Part shown: piece by piece, positions 33,099-43,964 of the stretch
Position numbering within the stretch: position 1 is the stretch's first letter
Layout of the letters: every line of letters starts with the position of its first letter
Source: Longimicrobiales bacterium
GTDB lineage: Bacteria; Gemmatimonadota; Gemmatimonadetes; Longimicrobiales; Gaopeijiaceae
DNA length: 64,000 nucleotides
Assembly: GCA_965203485.1 (NCBI GenBank)
Contig: OZ241892.1
Span: forward strand, 2,336,001 to 2,400,000
Direction of reading: 5' to 3'
Program-made: the position numbers and the translations under genes
Notes under the pieces: model-generated
What the model was told of the DNA's origin: nothing
The model's input: the letters and a program-made list of their open reading frames with translations, nothing else
Database searches by the model: none

Positions 33099-33812
33099 TC
33101 AAGAGGAGCCGATTCGGCGCCCAGGGGTCAACACGCGCGCGCCGGCAGGCACTTCGAAGATAAACGCTCCGGGGTCGGCCGCCGGGCCGAGCGCGACGTT
33201 CGACAGGTCGAGCGTGCGCACGGAGCTGTTGGGGCGGTGCACCCTCACGCGCCGGAGGACGCGCGTCTTCGGGTCGATCCACAGCTTCGCCCGCCGGTAC
33301 GCCGCCGGGCCTCGCGGGAGCAGCTCCACGACGAAGCACGGCACGCCGCGGACGAGCTCCTCGCCCGCTTCCTCCACGTCGTAGCGCACGCCCGGATCGG
33401 CCAGGAACTCGCGGAAGAAGTCGAGGCCGCCCGGACGCTCGGCCAGCGGATGGCGAAGGACCTGCTTCTCGTCCACGCTGCGGTAGTACACCCAGAGGCT
33501 CTCGCCGTCCGACACGACCAGGTCGCCCGGCGGGTCCGTGAAGCGCATCGAGAAGAAGTTGGGGCGTTCCTGGCACACACGGCCCCTGCTGTCGACGGTG
33601 CGCCCGATGAGGCGGACCTCGATGCGCTGCTCGAAGTCGGCGCACATGGCGCGCACTTCCTGGTAGCGGCGGACCGCGCCGTCGAACGCCTCGCGGGGCG
33701 ATTGGGCGGCTGCGGGGACGCGCGCCGGCGGCCCGATAACGAGACCCAGCAGGACCGCCGCGATGCCCCGGGTTCCCCGGCGCGACCGATCAGCCGGGGC
33801 AGATCTCGTCAA
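33099..33812 (-). CDS. lolA: Outer membrane lipoprotein carrier LolA
   Basis: ADFEQ, RPNFF, VVSDGESLWVY; follows ftsK; start uncertain. Confidence 0.85.
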   Translation of the reverse strand: MTRSAPADRSRRGTRGIAAVLLGLVIGPPARVPAAAQSPREAFDGAVRRYQEVRAMCADFEQRIEVRLIGRTVDSRGRVCQERPNFFSMRFTDPPGDLVVSDGESLWVYYRSVDEKQVLRHPLAERPGGLDFFREFLADPGVRYDVEEAGEELVRGVPCFVVELLPRGPAAYRRAKLWIDPKTRVLRRVRVHRPNSSVRTLDLSNVALGPAADPGAFIFEVPAGARVLTPGRRIGSS

Positions 33813-36300
33813 GGCTCTCGGCGGTCGCGGTGACTTCCCGGGGCTTGGAACCGTCCGGCGGGCCCAGCACGCCGGCATCGTGGAGCTGGTCGACGATGCG
33901 GGCCGCGCGCCCATAGCCGATCCGCAACCGCCGCTGCAGAAGCGACGTGGAGCCCGCGCCCTGCTGGATGCAAGCCTCGGCCGCCTCGCGGAACAGGTCG
34001 TCCCATTCTCCCTTGACCGGCTCGGGGCCGTCCTCCCCGGCGCCTTCGATGGCGCGCACGGTTGCCAGGATGTCGTCCTCGCCCGCCTGCGCGCCGGCCT
34101 CGGCCGCTTCGGGCGTGCTCGCCTGCTCCCGGTACCAGTCCATGAGCGCCTCGGTCTCCTCCGTCGAGATGTAGGCGCCCTGCATGCGCACCGGCTCCCC
34201 GTGGCCGGGCGGCAGGAAGAGCATGTCGCCGTAGCCGAGCAGCGCGTCGGCGCCGTTCTGGTCGAGGATCGTGCGCGAGTCCGTCTTCGAAGCGACGCGA
34301 AACGCAATGCGGCACGGGAAGTTGGCCTTGATGAGTCCGGTGATGACGTTCACGCTGGGCCGCTGCGTGGCCACCAGCAGGTGGATGCCGATGGCGCGCG
34401 CCTTCTGGGCCAGTTGCGTCAGCGGCTTCTCGACTTCGGCTTGGACCGTCATCATCAGGTCCGCCAGCTCGTCCACGACCACGACGATGTAGGGAAGCGG
34501 CCCGTCCGTGTAGATCCACCAGTCCTCGCCGGCGTCGTCGCCGCCGCCGTCCTGCTCCCCGGCCCCGGCCTCGCCCGGGCGCTTGAGCGTCACCCCGCGC
34601 GCCACGCGCTCGTTGAACTCCTTCAGCGACCGGACGCCGTTGGCGCTCAGCAACGCGTAGCGGCGCTCCATCTCCAGCACGGCCCACTTGAGGACGCCCG
34701 CCGCGTCCTTGGGATCGGTGACGACCGGATGGCGCAGGTGCGGCAGGTCCGCATAGGCCGAGAGCTCGACCATCTTGGGATCGATCAGCAGGAGCCGCAG
34801 GCGGCTCGGCCCGGCGCGGTAGACCAAGCTCGTGATGACCGTGTTGAGGCATACCGACTTGCCGGAACCGGTGGCTCCCGCGATCAGCGCGTGCGGCATC
34901 TTGGCCAAGTCGGAGACGAAGGGATGGCCGGCGAGGTCCTTGCCGAGCGCGAGCGGCAGCACGCCCGGCGACTGGACGAACGCGGGGGCTTCGAGGATCT
35001 CGCGCAGCCGCACCATCTCCGGGTTGGGGTTCGGGATCTCGACGCCGACGGCGCCCTTGCCGGGGATCGGAGCGACGATCCGCACGCTGTGCGCCTTCAT
35101 CGCCAGCGCCAAGTCGGCGTCGAGGTTCGCGATTCGGTTCACCTTGACGCCGGCCGCCGGCACCACCTCGTACTGCGTTACGGCCGGCCCAGTGGTGCGC
35201 CCGCCCACTTCGCATCGAATGTTGAAGGTTTCCAGCGTGTCGACGAGGATCCCGCCCAGCCGATCCAAGTCCCGCATCATCCCGGCCCGGTCTTGATGCT
35301 CGGGCTCGGTCAGCAGCTCGATCCCGGGCAACTCGTGCTCGGCCTCGGGCGGCGCGGGCTCGGGGGCGACGCCGGTTGCGGCCATTGCGTCGGTGGCGCC
35401 ACGCGGAGCCGGGTCGCCGACCGACGGTTCCTCCTCGTGGCCGAATGCCCCGGCCGGCAAACCCGCTTCGGAGTCGCCGCCGAAGGGGGTCGCGTTCGCT
35501 CCCGAGCCGACCGCACCGGCGTCTTCATGCGACCCGGCGTCCCCGCCCCGCCGCAACCCGCGTCCCCGGGCTCGGCTGCGCCCAAGACGCGCCCACACCG
35601 AGCGCGCGTCCGCAAACCCCGCGCTCGTCCGCCGCCTCGCCACCTCCCAGAGGCGCCCGGTCCCCTCGCCCAGGGTGCGCAACGGGTTGAACCCGAACGC
35701 CGCTACAGAGGTCGTCAGCACGCCGACGCCGACCACCACCCACGCCCCGAGCCAGCCCAGCTGCTCCCGCAAGGGGCCGCCCAACGTCGCGCCGACGAAT
35801 CCGCCACGGTCCGCGACGGCGGCGTCCGCGCCCTCGGACGCCGTTGCGTCCGCCACCGGGGCCGGCTCGGGCAGAAAGAACGACACGGGGACCAGAACGA
35901 GCGCGGCCACCGACACGATCCACAGCCGCTTGCGCGCGGCGGGCGACAACCGCTTGCCCGCGGTCGCGGCCATGGCAAGCAAGACGAACGGCGCCGCGAA
36001 CCGGCCTTCTCCCGCAAACCGCCGCAACAATCCGTTCAAGGCGTCGCCCCAAGCGCCCACGGGGTTGCCCGACGGAAACACGCTGCCCGCCGGGCCGAAG
36101 AGGTCCAACGGGAACATCGCCGCGAGCGACAGCGCCGCCAGAACGAAGAGCGCCAACGGGAGACGCGCCGTCAGCCAGCCCACGACGCGCACCAAGTCCG
36201 TCACCAGCCCTGAACCGGCCTTGCCGGACGTCCGCTTCTTGCGCGCACCGTCTCCGCGCGGGGACGGCTTGGTCTTCCTGCGGGCCCCCTTGGCGGCCAT
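33790..36300 (-). CDS. ftsK: DNA translocase FtsK
   Basis: TM domain, AGATGSGKS, DELADLMM, QRPSV, gamma domain. Confidence 0.96.
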   Translation of the reverse strand: MAAKGARRKTKPSPRGDGARKKRTSGKAGSGLVTDLVRVVGWLTARLPLALFVLAALSLAAMFPLDLFGPAGSVFPSGNPVGAWGDALNGLLRRFAGEGRFAAPFVLLAMAATAGKRLSPAARKRLWIVSVAALVLVPVSFFLPEPAPVADATASEGADAAVADRGGFVGATLGGPLREQLGWLGAWVVVGVGVLTTSVAAFGFNPLRTLGEGTGRLWEVARRRTSAGFADARSVWARLGRSRARGRGLRRGGDAGSHEDAGAVGSGANATPFGGDSEAGLPAGAFGHEEEPSVGDPAPRGATDAMAATGVAPEPAPPEAEHELPGIELLTEPEHQDRAGMMRDLDRLGGILVDTLETFNIRCEVGGRTTGPAVTQYEVVPAAGVKVNRIANLDADLALAMKAHSVRIVAPIPGKGAVGVEIPNPNPEMVRLREILEAPAFVQSPGVLPLALGKDLAGHPFVSDLAKMPHALIAGATGSGKSVCLNTVITSLVYRAGPSRLRLLLIDPKMVELSAYADLPHLRHPVVTDPKDAAGVLKWAVLEMERRYALLSANGVRSLKEFNERVARGVTLKRPGEAGAGEQDGGGDDAGEDWWIYTDGPLPYIVVVVDELADLMMTVQAEVEKPLTQLAQKARAIGIHLLVATQRPSVNVITGLIKANFPCRIAFRVASKTDSRTILDQNGADALLGYGDMLFLPPGHGEPVRMQGAYISTEETEALMDWYREQASTPEAAEAGAQAGEDDILATVRAIEGAGEDGPEPVKGEWDDLFREAAEACIQQGAGSTSLLQRRLRIGYGRAARIVDQLHDAGVLGPPDGSKPREVTATAESLDEICPG

Positions 36301-36302
36301 GT

Positions 36303-37073
36303 TTAGGCGGCCACCAGCGCCCCGCCGCGCATCTCGGGCACGGCCGCGCGGCGGTCCAGGTCCGCGCACGCCGCCAAGTCGCCGGCGAGCCCCACTTCGG
36401 CCAGGGCCCGTCCGGCGGCCGTGCGGGCCAGCATCGCCGCGGAAGGCTCGCGCGCGCCCGCCACGTCGCGCGCCGCCTCGGCCGCGTCGTCCAGCTCCAG
36501 CGGCCCGCGCGAACGCACCTCGACGGCACGCACCAGATGCCCGGCGCACGCCGCGTCGTCCAGCGCGAACGCGCCGTCCTTGCCCGCGCACGCGACGAGC
36601 ACGTCGTCCGCGCCGTCCACGAGCCGGTCCGCCACGGCCCCCAAGTTGACGAACGCCGCCGCCAGCACGCGCTTCGCCCCGGCGACCGCCAAGAACGCGG
36701 CCGTCCCGTTGGTCGTCTTCATGAGCAGGCGCTTGCCGGCCACTGCGTCCGCTCCGAACTCGCGCGGCGAGTTCCCCAGGTCGAACCCGTCGATCCGCAG
36801 GCCGCCGCGTTCGCCGCAGAGGAGCGCGCCGCCCTGAGCGCCGGCGCCCGCCGCCCCGGCCGAGCCCGAGTCCGCAACCGAAGCCGCCGCCGCTTCTTCC
36901 GCCTCCCGGACGGACCCGAACGGCTCCACCGAGCGCGCCCCGTTGGCCAGCGCCTCCACGACGCAGGTCGTCGCCCGAACCACGTCGATCACGACGGCGG
37001 TCCTCCCCTCCGGCCCAGCGCGCCGGGCCGCCGCTCCCGTGAACGCCACGGACACCCGCATCCGGTCAGCCAT
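36303..37073 (-). CDS. comB: 2-phosphosulfolactate phosphatase family
   Basis: [23 protein letters not shown]. Confidence 0.9.
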   Translation of the reverse strand: MADRMRVSVAFTGAAARRAGPEGRTAVVIDVVRATTCVVEALANGARSVEPFGSVREAEEAAAASVADSGSAGAAGAGAQGGALLCGERGGLRIDGFDLGNSPREFGADAVAGKRLLMKTTNGTAAFLAVAGAKRVLAAAFVNLGAVADRLVDGADDVLVACAGKDGAFALDDAACAGHLVRAVEVRSRGPLELDDAAEAARDVAGAREPSAAMLARTAAGRALAEVGLAGDLAACADLDRRAAVPEMRGGALVAA

Positions 37074-38415
37074 CCGCCGCCCCGGCAAGACGGCTCACGA
37101 ACCCCGTGTCCACGTCGCCCGCCATGAACGCCTCGTCGCGAGTCAGGCGCGCAAGGTAGCCGATCGTCGTCGAAATCCCCTCGACCACGAACGACTCCAG
37201 CGCTTCGCGGCCCCGCACTACCGCCTCGGCGCGGCTGGCGCCCCACACGATCAGCTTGGCGAGCAACGAGTCGTAGAACGGGGGAACGGTGTATCCCGAG
37301 TACGCGTGCGTGTCGACGCGAACGCCCGGGCCGCCCGGCTGGTGGAGCGTGGTGATCGTCCCCGGCGAAGGCGCGAAGCCCCGGTCCGGGTCCTCGGCGT
37401 TGATCCGAAACTCGATGGCGTGGCCGCGATGCACGGGGTCCTCCGGAAACGACAGCGGCTCGCCGGCCGCCACCCGTATCTGCTCCTTCACCAAGTCCAG
37501 TCCGGTCGTGACTTCGGTGACGGGGTGCTCGACCTGGATGCGCGTGTTCATCTCGATGAAGAAGAAATCGCCCGACGGCTCCAGCAGGAACTCGACCGTC
37601 CCGGCGCCAACGTACCCAATCGCCTCGGCCGCCTTGACGGCCGCTCGGCCCATCCGCCGCCGCAGTTCGTCGGTGAGCGCGACCGACGGCGCCTCTTCCA
37701 CCAGCTTCTGGTGGCGCCGCTGGATCGAGCAGTCGCGTTCGCCCACGTGCATGACGCGCCCGTGCGCGTCGCCGAACACCTGGAACTCCACGTGACGCGG
37801 GCGTTCCAGGTAGCGCTCCAGATATATGCCGGGGTCGCCGAACGCGGCCGCCGCCTCGGCGCGCGCCGCCGCGAAGCGCCGCCCAAGGGTCTCGTCGTCC
37901 TCCGCGATGCGGATGCCCGTCCCGCCGCCGCCGGCCGCCGCCTTGATCATCATCGGGTAGCCGATCTCCTCCGCGAGCGCCAGCGCCGTGCCCTCTTCGT
38001 CCACCAAGCCGTCCGAGCCGGGCACCACCGGCACGCCCGCCGCCGTCATGGCCTCGCGCGCCGCCGCCTTGTCGCCCATCGCGCGGATCTGGTCCGGCGA
38101 CGGTCCCACGAACGTCAGATTGGCGCGCTGGCAGACCTCGGCGAACTCGGCGTTCTCGGCCAGGAAGCCGTACCCAGGATGCACCGCCTCCGCTCCCGTG
38201 ATCTCGGCCGCGGCGAAGATGCGGGACAGGTTCAGATAGGACCGCGACGCGCGCGCCGGGCCGATGCACACCGCCTCGTCGGCGAACCGCACGTGCAGCG
38301 AGTCGCGGTCGGCCTCCGAGTACACGGCCACCGTGGTCACGCCCAGCTCGCGGCAAGCGCGCACCACGCGCAATGCGATCTCGCCCCGGTTGGCGATCAA
38401 GAGCTTCTTGAACAT
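37066..38415 (-). CDS. accC: Biotin carboxylase
   Basis: [38 protein letters not shown]. Confidence 0.97.
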   Translation of the reverse strand: MFKKLLIANRGEIALRVVRACRELGVTTVAVYSEADRDSLHVRFADEAVCIGPARASRSYLNLSRIFAAAEITGAEAVHPGYGFLAENAEFAEVCQRANLTFVGPSPDQIRAMGDKAAAREAMTAAGVPVVPGSDGLVDEEGTALALAEEIGYPMMIKAAAGGGGTGIRIAEDDETLGRRFAAARAEAAAAFGDPGIYLERYLERPRHVEFQVFGDAHGRVMHVGERDCSIQRRHQKLVEEAPSVALTDELRRRMGRAAVKAAEAIGYVGAGTVEFLLEPSGDFFFIEMNTRIQVEHPVTEVTTGLDLVKEQIRVAAGEPLSFPEDPVHRGHAIEFRINAEDPDRGFAPSPGTITTLHQPGGPGVRVDTHAYSGYTVPPFYDSLLAKLIVWGASRAEAVVRGREALESFVVEGISTTIGYLARLTRDEAFMAGDVDTGFVSRLAGAADG

Positions 38416-38438
38416 GGCCGGAGCGCGCCGTCCCGCCG

Positions 38439-38921
38439 TCAGGCCGGGTCGATCCGAAACAGCACCTGTCCGAACTCCACGGGCTCGGCGTTGGGGACGC
38501 AGATCTCCGCGACGCGGCCGGCCGTTTCGCACTCGAGCTCGTTCATCAGCTTCATGGCTTCGATCACGCACAGCACGTCGCCCGCGGCGACTCGGTCGTC
38601 GGCGCTCACGTACGGGTCGGCTTCGGGAGACGGCGCGCGGTAGAAGGTCCCGACCATCGGCGACACCACGTCCACCAGCCGCGCGGCCGCCTTGGCCGCC
38701 CCTTCGGACGCATGGGCCGAAGACGAGTCCCCACCGGCGGACGGATCCGGCGGGCCGGGCGCGGGAGCGGAGGCGGGAGCCGCCACGGGCGGAAGCGCCG
38801 TCGCGGCGGGCGGCGACTTGGACAGAAAGATGCGGGAGCCGCCACGTTCGATCTCCATGCTGGAGAGCGACGACTGGTCCAGCAACCGGACCAGGGACTT
38901 GACGATCTTGGGGTCGATCAT
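38439..38921 (-). CDS. accB: Biotin carboxyl carrier protein
   Basis: [15 protein letters not shown]. Confidence 0.96.
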   Translation of the reverse strand: MIDPKIVKSLVRLLDQSSLSSMEIERGGSRIFLSKSPPAATALPPVAAPASAPAPGPPDPSAGGDSSSAHASEGAAKAAARLVDVVSPMVGTFYRAPSPEADPYVSADDRVAAGDVLCVIEAMKLMNELECETAGRVAEICVPNAEPVEFGQVLFRIDPA

Positions 38922-39484
38922 CCGCTGACCCGCGTCAAGTACTTGTGCTCCCGCCGGTCGACCTTCAGGACGTCGCCGGCTTCCACGAAGAGCGGGACCT
39001 GCACCACCGCGCCCGTCTCCAGCGTCGCCGCCTTGGTGGCGCCTTGGGCGGTGTCGCCCTTGAAGCCCGGATCGGTCTCGGCCACTGCCAGCTCCACGAA
39101 GGCCGGCAGCTCCACGCTGATGACGCTGCCGTCGTGGACCAGCCCCTCGCAGGCCATGTTCTCCTTCAGGTACTTGAGCTGATCGCCGCCCAGCAGCTCG
39201 CCGCTGATCGGGATCATGTCGAAGGTTTCCTGGTCCATGAAGTAGTAGAGCTCGCCGTCCGCGTAGGAGTAGTTGACGGGACGGCGCTCCAAGCGAACCG
39301 GAGCGATTCTTTCGCCGGCCCGGAAAGTGCGGTCCACGACCGCGCCCGAGAGGACGTTCTTGAGCTTCGTGCGCACGAACGCGCCCCCCTTGCCGGGCTT
39401 CACGTGCTGAAAGTAGGAGATCGTCCAGAGCGCGCCGCCGATGTCCAGGACCATGCCGTTGCGGAAGTCCGCCGTCGTCGCCAT
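38918..39484 (-). CDS. efp: Elongation factor P
   Basis: [24 protein letters not shown]. Confidence 0.97.
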   Translation of the reverse strand: MATTADFRNGMVLDIGGALWTISYFQHVKPGKGGAFVRTKLKNVLSGAVVDRTFRAGERIAPVRLERRPVNYSYADGELYYFMDQETFDMIPISGELLGGDQLKYLKENMACEGLVHDGSVISVELPAFVELAVAETDPGFKGDTAQGATKAATLETGAVVQVPLFVEAGDVLKVDRREHKYLTRVSG

Positions 39485-39493
39485 GCGTTCGCT

Positions 39494-40015
39494 TCAGTCC
39501 CCTTCCCCGCGGCGGAGGCTCTTCTCGGACGGCGAAGGCCCGGAGCGGTCCAGGCGGCGTCTCAGGTGGTTGGTGAGACAGCGGAACCCGGAAAGATAGC
39601 TGTCCATGCCGAAGCCTGCGACCACGCCCGCGGCGGCCGGAGCGAGCAGCGACTTCCGCCGAAACGGCTCGCGCGCCGCCGGATTGCTCAGGTGCACCTC
39701 GACGAAGGGCAGCGCCACGGCCTTCAGTCCGTCCAACAGCGCCACCGACGTGTGGCCCAAGCCAGCCGGGTTGACGACGAGCCCGTCCGCACGGCCCAAG
39801 CACGCCGCGAGGAAGTCGAGGATCTCGCCTTCCGAGTTCGACTGGAAGACTTCGAGCGCGCAACCGAGCTCGGCGGCGAGGTCCGCGAGCGCCTCGTTGA
39901 TGCGGGCGAGCGAGTCCGACCCGTACGTCTCGGGTTCGCGAACGCCCAGCAAGTTGAGGTTCGGGCCGTGGACCACGGCGATGCGCAACGGACGGCGGCC
40001 GGTGCTGCCGGACAT
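39494..40015 (-). CDS. aroQ: Type II 3-dehydroquinate dehydratase
   Basis: GPNLNLLG.REP..YG, QSNSEG, EVHLSN. Confidence 0.96.
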   Translation of the reverse strand: MSGSTGRRPLRIAVVHGPNLNLLGVREPETYGSDSLARINEALADLAAELGCALEVFQSNSEGEILDFLAACLGRADGLVVNPAGLGHTSVALLDGLKAVALPFVEVHLSNPAAREPFRRKSLLAPAAAGVVAGFGMDSYLSGFRCLTNHLRRRLDRSGPSPSEKSLRRGEGD

Positions 40016-40194
40016 GGGGGGAGGGCGGTCTCGGGAAGGAGGGGCGCCGCCGGACGGGCCAGCGGGGCAGGGCGTCTCGCGACTCGGTAAACGTACGTTT
40101 CCCGGATGGGCGGCGTCAATCGCCGGAAGGGCGCGCCTGACCGGGTGGCGGCCTCTGCGGCGGCGGCTTGCCGAGCCTCGCGCTTGGCGTCCGC

Positions 40195-40224
40195 TTGAAG
40201 CGCGCTTTGCCGCAACGTTAGCTT
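40195..40224 (+). promoter_or_regulatory. Possible sigma70-type promoter of the PPIase gene
   Basis: TTGAAG-18 nt-TAGCTT in a divergent intergenic region. Confidence 0.35.
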
Positions 40225-40342
40225 CCCAACGGCGGTTGCCGAGACCGAGGAAACGCACCGGCGAGGGACGACGCCTCGCCGCGTGCTCTTTTCCGGATCG
40301 GCGGTTCGGGGTGGGCACGCGCGAGCGAGGGCATATCCGACG

Positions 40343-42184
40343 ATGATGCGGCAAATGCGGGAACACACGAAGTGGATCATGCTCCTGGCGATGCTCGCCT
40401 TCGGGGGTCTGATGTTCTTCGAATGGGGGATGGACATCACGGGCCAGACTTCCGGCGGCTTCGGCGAGATCGGGAGAGTGAACGGGACGCCCGTTCTGTA
40501 CGACCAATACATGGCGACGTACCGAGGCATCTACGATCAGGTGCAGGCGACGCAGGAAGAGCCCGTCACCAACGCGCAGAACCGCGAGCTCGAGGACCAG
40601 GCATGGAACCAGACCGTGGACGTCCTCCTCGTCCAGCAGGAGCTGGAGCGGCGCGGGATTCTGGTGACCGACGAAGAAGTCGTCGCCATGGCGCGGGCCG
40701 CCCCGCCGCCCGAGCTGATGTCCACCCCGGCGTTCCTCACCGACGGGCGGTTCGACCAGACGAAGTACCTGCGCTTCCTGGACAGCGCCGACCCGGAAGT
40801 TCTGTTGCAGTTCGAAGCGTACTACCGCGACCAGATCACGCGCATGAAGCTCTTTCGCCAAGTGACCCTGGGCGTGCACGCCTCGGACGCCGAGCTCTGG
40901 AGGAACTACCGGGACGCGAACGAGACCTCGTCCGTCCGCTACGTGACGTTCGACCCCCTGGTGCGGGTCGCCGACGACCAGATCGACGTCACGCAGGAAG
41001 AGGTGTCGCGCCATTACGCCGACAACCGGGAGGACTTCGCCACGCCCGCCACCGCCCGGATCGTTTCCGTCGTGCTGTCGAAGACGCCCACGCCTGCCGA
41101 CACGGCCGCGACCTTCGAGCGCGCGCGGGCAACGCTGGACGAGCTTCGCGGCGGCGGAGACTTCGCCGAGATCGCCCGGCGGGAATCCGCCGACCCGGGA
41201 TCGGCGGAGGCCGGGGGCGACCTGGGCGTGTTTCCCAAGGGCCGGATGGCCCCCGCGTTCGACTCGGCCGTCTTCGCCGCCCGGCTGAACCGCCCCGCCG
41301 GGCCGGTGCAGACCGAGTTCGGCCTCCACGTCGTCGAAGTCGAGGACCGTTGGGGGCAGGACTCCGCCCGGGCCCGCCACGTCCTGTTGCCGTTCGAGCG
41401 GACGGACGAGTCCGAGATCGCCATGCTGGGCGCCGCCGACTCGCTGGAAGCTCTCGGCGAGATCATGCCGCTCGGCGAGGCGGCGGCGGCACTGGGACTC
41501 TCCGCCGACACGCTGGAGATCATCGAGGCGCGGCCGCTGGCGCCGGGCGCCGGAAGCATCGCGGAAGGCGGCGAGTGGGCGTTCGAGGCCGAGACCGCGC
41601 CCGGCGACGTGAGCCCGGTCTTCGAGAACCGCGCGTCGTTCTACGCGATCGAACTGATGTCGGTGGACCCGGCGGGCTACGTCGCCGCCGATGAAGCGGA
41701 GCCCGCCATTCGCCAGACGCTGGGATTGCGAAAGAAGCTGGCGGCCACGATCGAGGAGGCCCAGGCGCTGGCCGAAGAGATCGGGGCCGGGCGCCGGCTG
41801 GCCGACGTCGCCGCCGAGGCCGGCCTGGAGGTCCGCGAAGCCGGACCGTTCACGCGCAACGACTTCGTGCCGGGCCTGGGCTACAGGACCCCGGCGGTGG
41901 GCACGGCGTTCGGCATCGGAATCGACGAAGTGTCGGAACCGGTCGAGTCGAACCAGAACGTGTTCTTGCTGGAGCGCACCGTCTCGGAAGCGGCCGACAG
42001 CGCGGCATGGGAGGCGCAGGCCGACGCGCAACGGGCGGAAGTCGTCGCGGCCGCGCGCGGCATGCGGATCGAACAATGGCTGGCAGCGCTGCGAGCCGCG
42101 GCGGACATCGTGGACCGCCGGGAGGAAGTGCTCGCGCCGCCCGACGAGAACGCCGCCGCGCCCGGCCTGCCGCCCGTCTTCTGA
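40343..42184 (+). CDS. SurA-N/parvulin peptidyl-prolyl isomerase (PpiD-like)
   Basis: N-terminal TM, SurA-like domain, FAEIARRES.D...GGDLG, TEFGLH. Confidence 0.88.
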   Translation: MMRQMREHTKWIMLLAMLAFGGLMFFEWGMDITGQTSGGFGEIGRVNGTPVLYDQYMATYRGIYDQVQATQEEPVTNAQNRELEDQAWNQTVDVLLVQQELERRGILVTDEEVVAMARAAPPPELMSTPAFLTDGRFDQTKYLRFLDSADPEVLLQFEAYYRDQITRMKLFRQVTLGVHASDAELWRNYRDANETSSVRYVTFDPLVRVADDQIDVTQEEVSRHYADNREDFATPATARIVSVVLSKTPTPADTAATFERARATLDELRGGGDFAEIARRESADPGSAEAGGDLGVFPKGRMAPAFDSAVFAARLNRPAGPVQTEFGLHVVEVEDRWGQDSARARHVLLPFERTDESEIAMLGAADSLEALGEIMPLGEAAAALGLSADTLEIIEARPLAPGAGSIAEGGEWAFEAETAPGDVSPVFENRASFYAIELMSVDPAGYVAADEAEPAIRQTLGLRKKLAATIEEAQALAEEIGAGRRLADVAAEAGLEVREAGPFTRNDFVPGLGYRTPAVGTAFGIGIDEVSEPVESNQNVFLLERTVSEAADSAAWEAQADAQRAEVVAAARGMRIEQWLAALRAAADIVDRREEVLAPPDENAAAPGLPPVF

Positions 42185-42229
42185 CGCCGCGCGCGGGCCG
42201 GGACGCCGGCGAGGAGCCGTTGCTCCGCC

Positions 42230-42721
42230 TCAAGTAGCCTGCAGCGCCTTGCCGGCCTCCTCCCAGCTCACGTCCGCCTCCCAAGTCACTTTCACGGCTC
42301 CTTCCAGGCTCCGGGCGGTCGGGCACTTGCGAGCGTGCGTCTCGAGCGCGCGGTCGACTTTCTCGCGCGGCGTGCCCGCCGGAACGCGGATCGCGTAGCG
42401 CACGTGGATCCCGGTCAGCGTCACGACCCGGTCCAAGACTTCGTTGACGCCTTCGGCCCGCGCGCTCAGGGCATCGGCCGCCGTCGGGATCCCGCGCACT
42501 TCCAGTGCGCCGTTGAGGGTCCCGAGCAGTCAAGCGGCCGCCGCCGCGACCAAGTAGTCGACGGGCAACGGCAGATCGGGCTCGGCGTCGAGCCGGTAGT
42601 GCGCCTTGACGGGGCCATGGACGCCGAACTCGATCGCCGTGCCGTCGGCAAGGGCCGCGCGACGGCGCACGCCCTCGGTCTTGGAGACGCGGGCGCGCGC
42701 CGTGTAGAAGGGCTTGCTCAC
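42230..42721 (-). CDS. OsmC/Ohr-like protein, probable selenoprotein (UGA = Sec64)
   Basis: PVDYLVAAAAA-TGA-LLGTL stays in frame to KCPTARSL; GGAGG RBS; SECIS-like hairpin after TGA. Confidence 0.8.
42484..42525 (-). promoter_or_regulatory. Putative bacterial SECIS element
   Basis: mRNA UCGGGACCC-UCAACG-GCGCACU-GGA-AGUGCGC-GGGAUCCCGA; G-containing apical loop 26 nt after UGA. Confidence 0.7.
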
Positions 42722-43068
42722 TCTGATTCCTCCGGGTTGCATGGTAGTCCGAACAGCGCCGGGTTCGCCGGCTCGATGAACACGTTCATGACGCCCCCGC
42801 ACACGGCGGGACTCCAGGACGTGAAGTCGTCGGTGAGGTCGATGCGGACGACCGCGGGCGGCGCGCCGCGGAACAGCTTGCGTGCCGCGGCCACGACCTC
42901 GCCTTCGCCGCATCCGCCCCCGATGGTGCCGGCGACGACGCCGCGCTCGCCCACCAGCATCGCCGCCCCAGTCTTGCGCGGCGTGGAGCCCCGCGTCGAA
43001 ATCACCGTCGCCAGCACCGCAGGCTCGCCCAGTTCGGCCAGCCGCGCGAACACGCTTCTGTCGCTCAC
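42718..43068 (-). CDS. Stand-alone XdhC/CoxI domain protein
   Basis: GSTPRKTGA, GTIGGGCGE, VCGG. Confidence 0.88.
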   Translation of the reverse strand: MSDRSVFARLAELGEPAVLATVISTRGSTPRKTGAAMLVGERGVVAGTIGGGCGEGEVVAAARKLFRGAPPAVVRIDLTDDFTSWSPAVCGGVMNVFIEPANPALFGLPCNPEESE

Positions 43069-43964
43069 CGGACGGCCGCCGCCTGCCCCGCCGGGCCGTC
43101 TTGGACTCCGAAGTAGCGCTCCACGACGCGCTCCTTTTGCGACAGGGGCACGCCGGTGCCAGCGTGTCTGAACATTACGATCTCGGCGGCGACCGAAATC
43201 GCGATCTCCGCGGGCGTCTGTCCGCCCAGGTCCAGGCCCACCGGCGCGCGGACGCGCAGGAGGTCGCAGGCGGCGAAGCCGTCGCGAACCAGCTGCTCGT
43301 GCGTGGCCCGCACGCGGCGGCGGCTGCCGATCATCCCGACGTAGCCGGGGCCGTCCCGCATTCGAAGCAGGCGAATCAGGCACTCGTAGTCGAATCGGTG
43401 CCCGCGGGTCACCAGCACGACGTGGTCGGCCGGGACCAGCTGCGTGTCGGCAAACGGGTCGCGGAAGTCGACCACGCGGACGGCGGACGCCTCGGGAAAC
43501 CTGTCCGGGCTGGCGAACTCCGGGCGGTCGTCGAGCACTTCGACCCGCAAGCCGAGCATGGCGCCGCACCGGCAGAGGGGCCGCGCCACGTGGCCCGCTC
43601 CCACGACGACCATGCGCGGGGGCGGCGCATGCACCTCCATGTACACGACCGCGCTCGCGGCGCCCCCCGGGGCCGCGAACCGAAACTTCTTCGCGACGGC
43701 GCCGGAAGCGACCCGGCCGGGGAAGACGTCCGGCAACGCCCGCGACACGGCGTCGTCGAGCGACGGATGGCCCAGCGTGCCCTCCGCCCGGTCGCCCGAG
43801 CGCCACGAACGCTTCCCGACGATTCGCCCGTCGGCGGACTCGGTCACCACCGCCGTGACGATGCGGTTTCCTCGAGCGACAGCGTCCAGGACCGCAACCG
43901 CGGCGTCCGCCGCCGACACCGCCTCGCCCCGAGCGACGCGCGGCCCGCTCCACCGCCCGTTCAC
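43065..43964 (-). CDS. XdhC family protein (Rossmann C-terminal part)
   Basis: VGAGHVA, DDRPEF, TRGHRFD, YVGMIGSRRR, PVGLDLGGQTPAEIA. Confidence 0.9.
   Translation of the reverse strand: MNGRWSGPRVARGEAVSAADAAVAVLDAVARGNRIVTAVVTESADGRIVGKRSWRSGDRAEGTLGHPSLDDAVSRALPDVFPGRVASGAVAKKFRFAAPGGAASAVVYMEVHAPPPRMVVVGAGHVARPLCRCGAMLGLRVEVLDDRPEFASPDRFPEASAVRVVDFRDPFADTQLVPADHVVLVTRGHRFDYECLIRLLRMRDGPGYVGMIGSRRRVRATHEQLVRDGFAACDLLRVRAPVGLDLGGQTPAEIAISVAAEIVMFRHAGTGVPLSQKERVVERYFGVQDGPAGQAAAVR

Noticed and set aside
36303..37073. Coenzyme M pathway implied by comB
   Set aside because: ComB-family phosphatases are widespread without CoM synthesis; no comA in the window
42230..42913. Two separate small ORFs or an OsmC pseudogene
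   Set aside because: The TGA falls at the expected Cys, the frame is preserved and a SECIS-like hairpin follows, so recoding fits better
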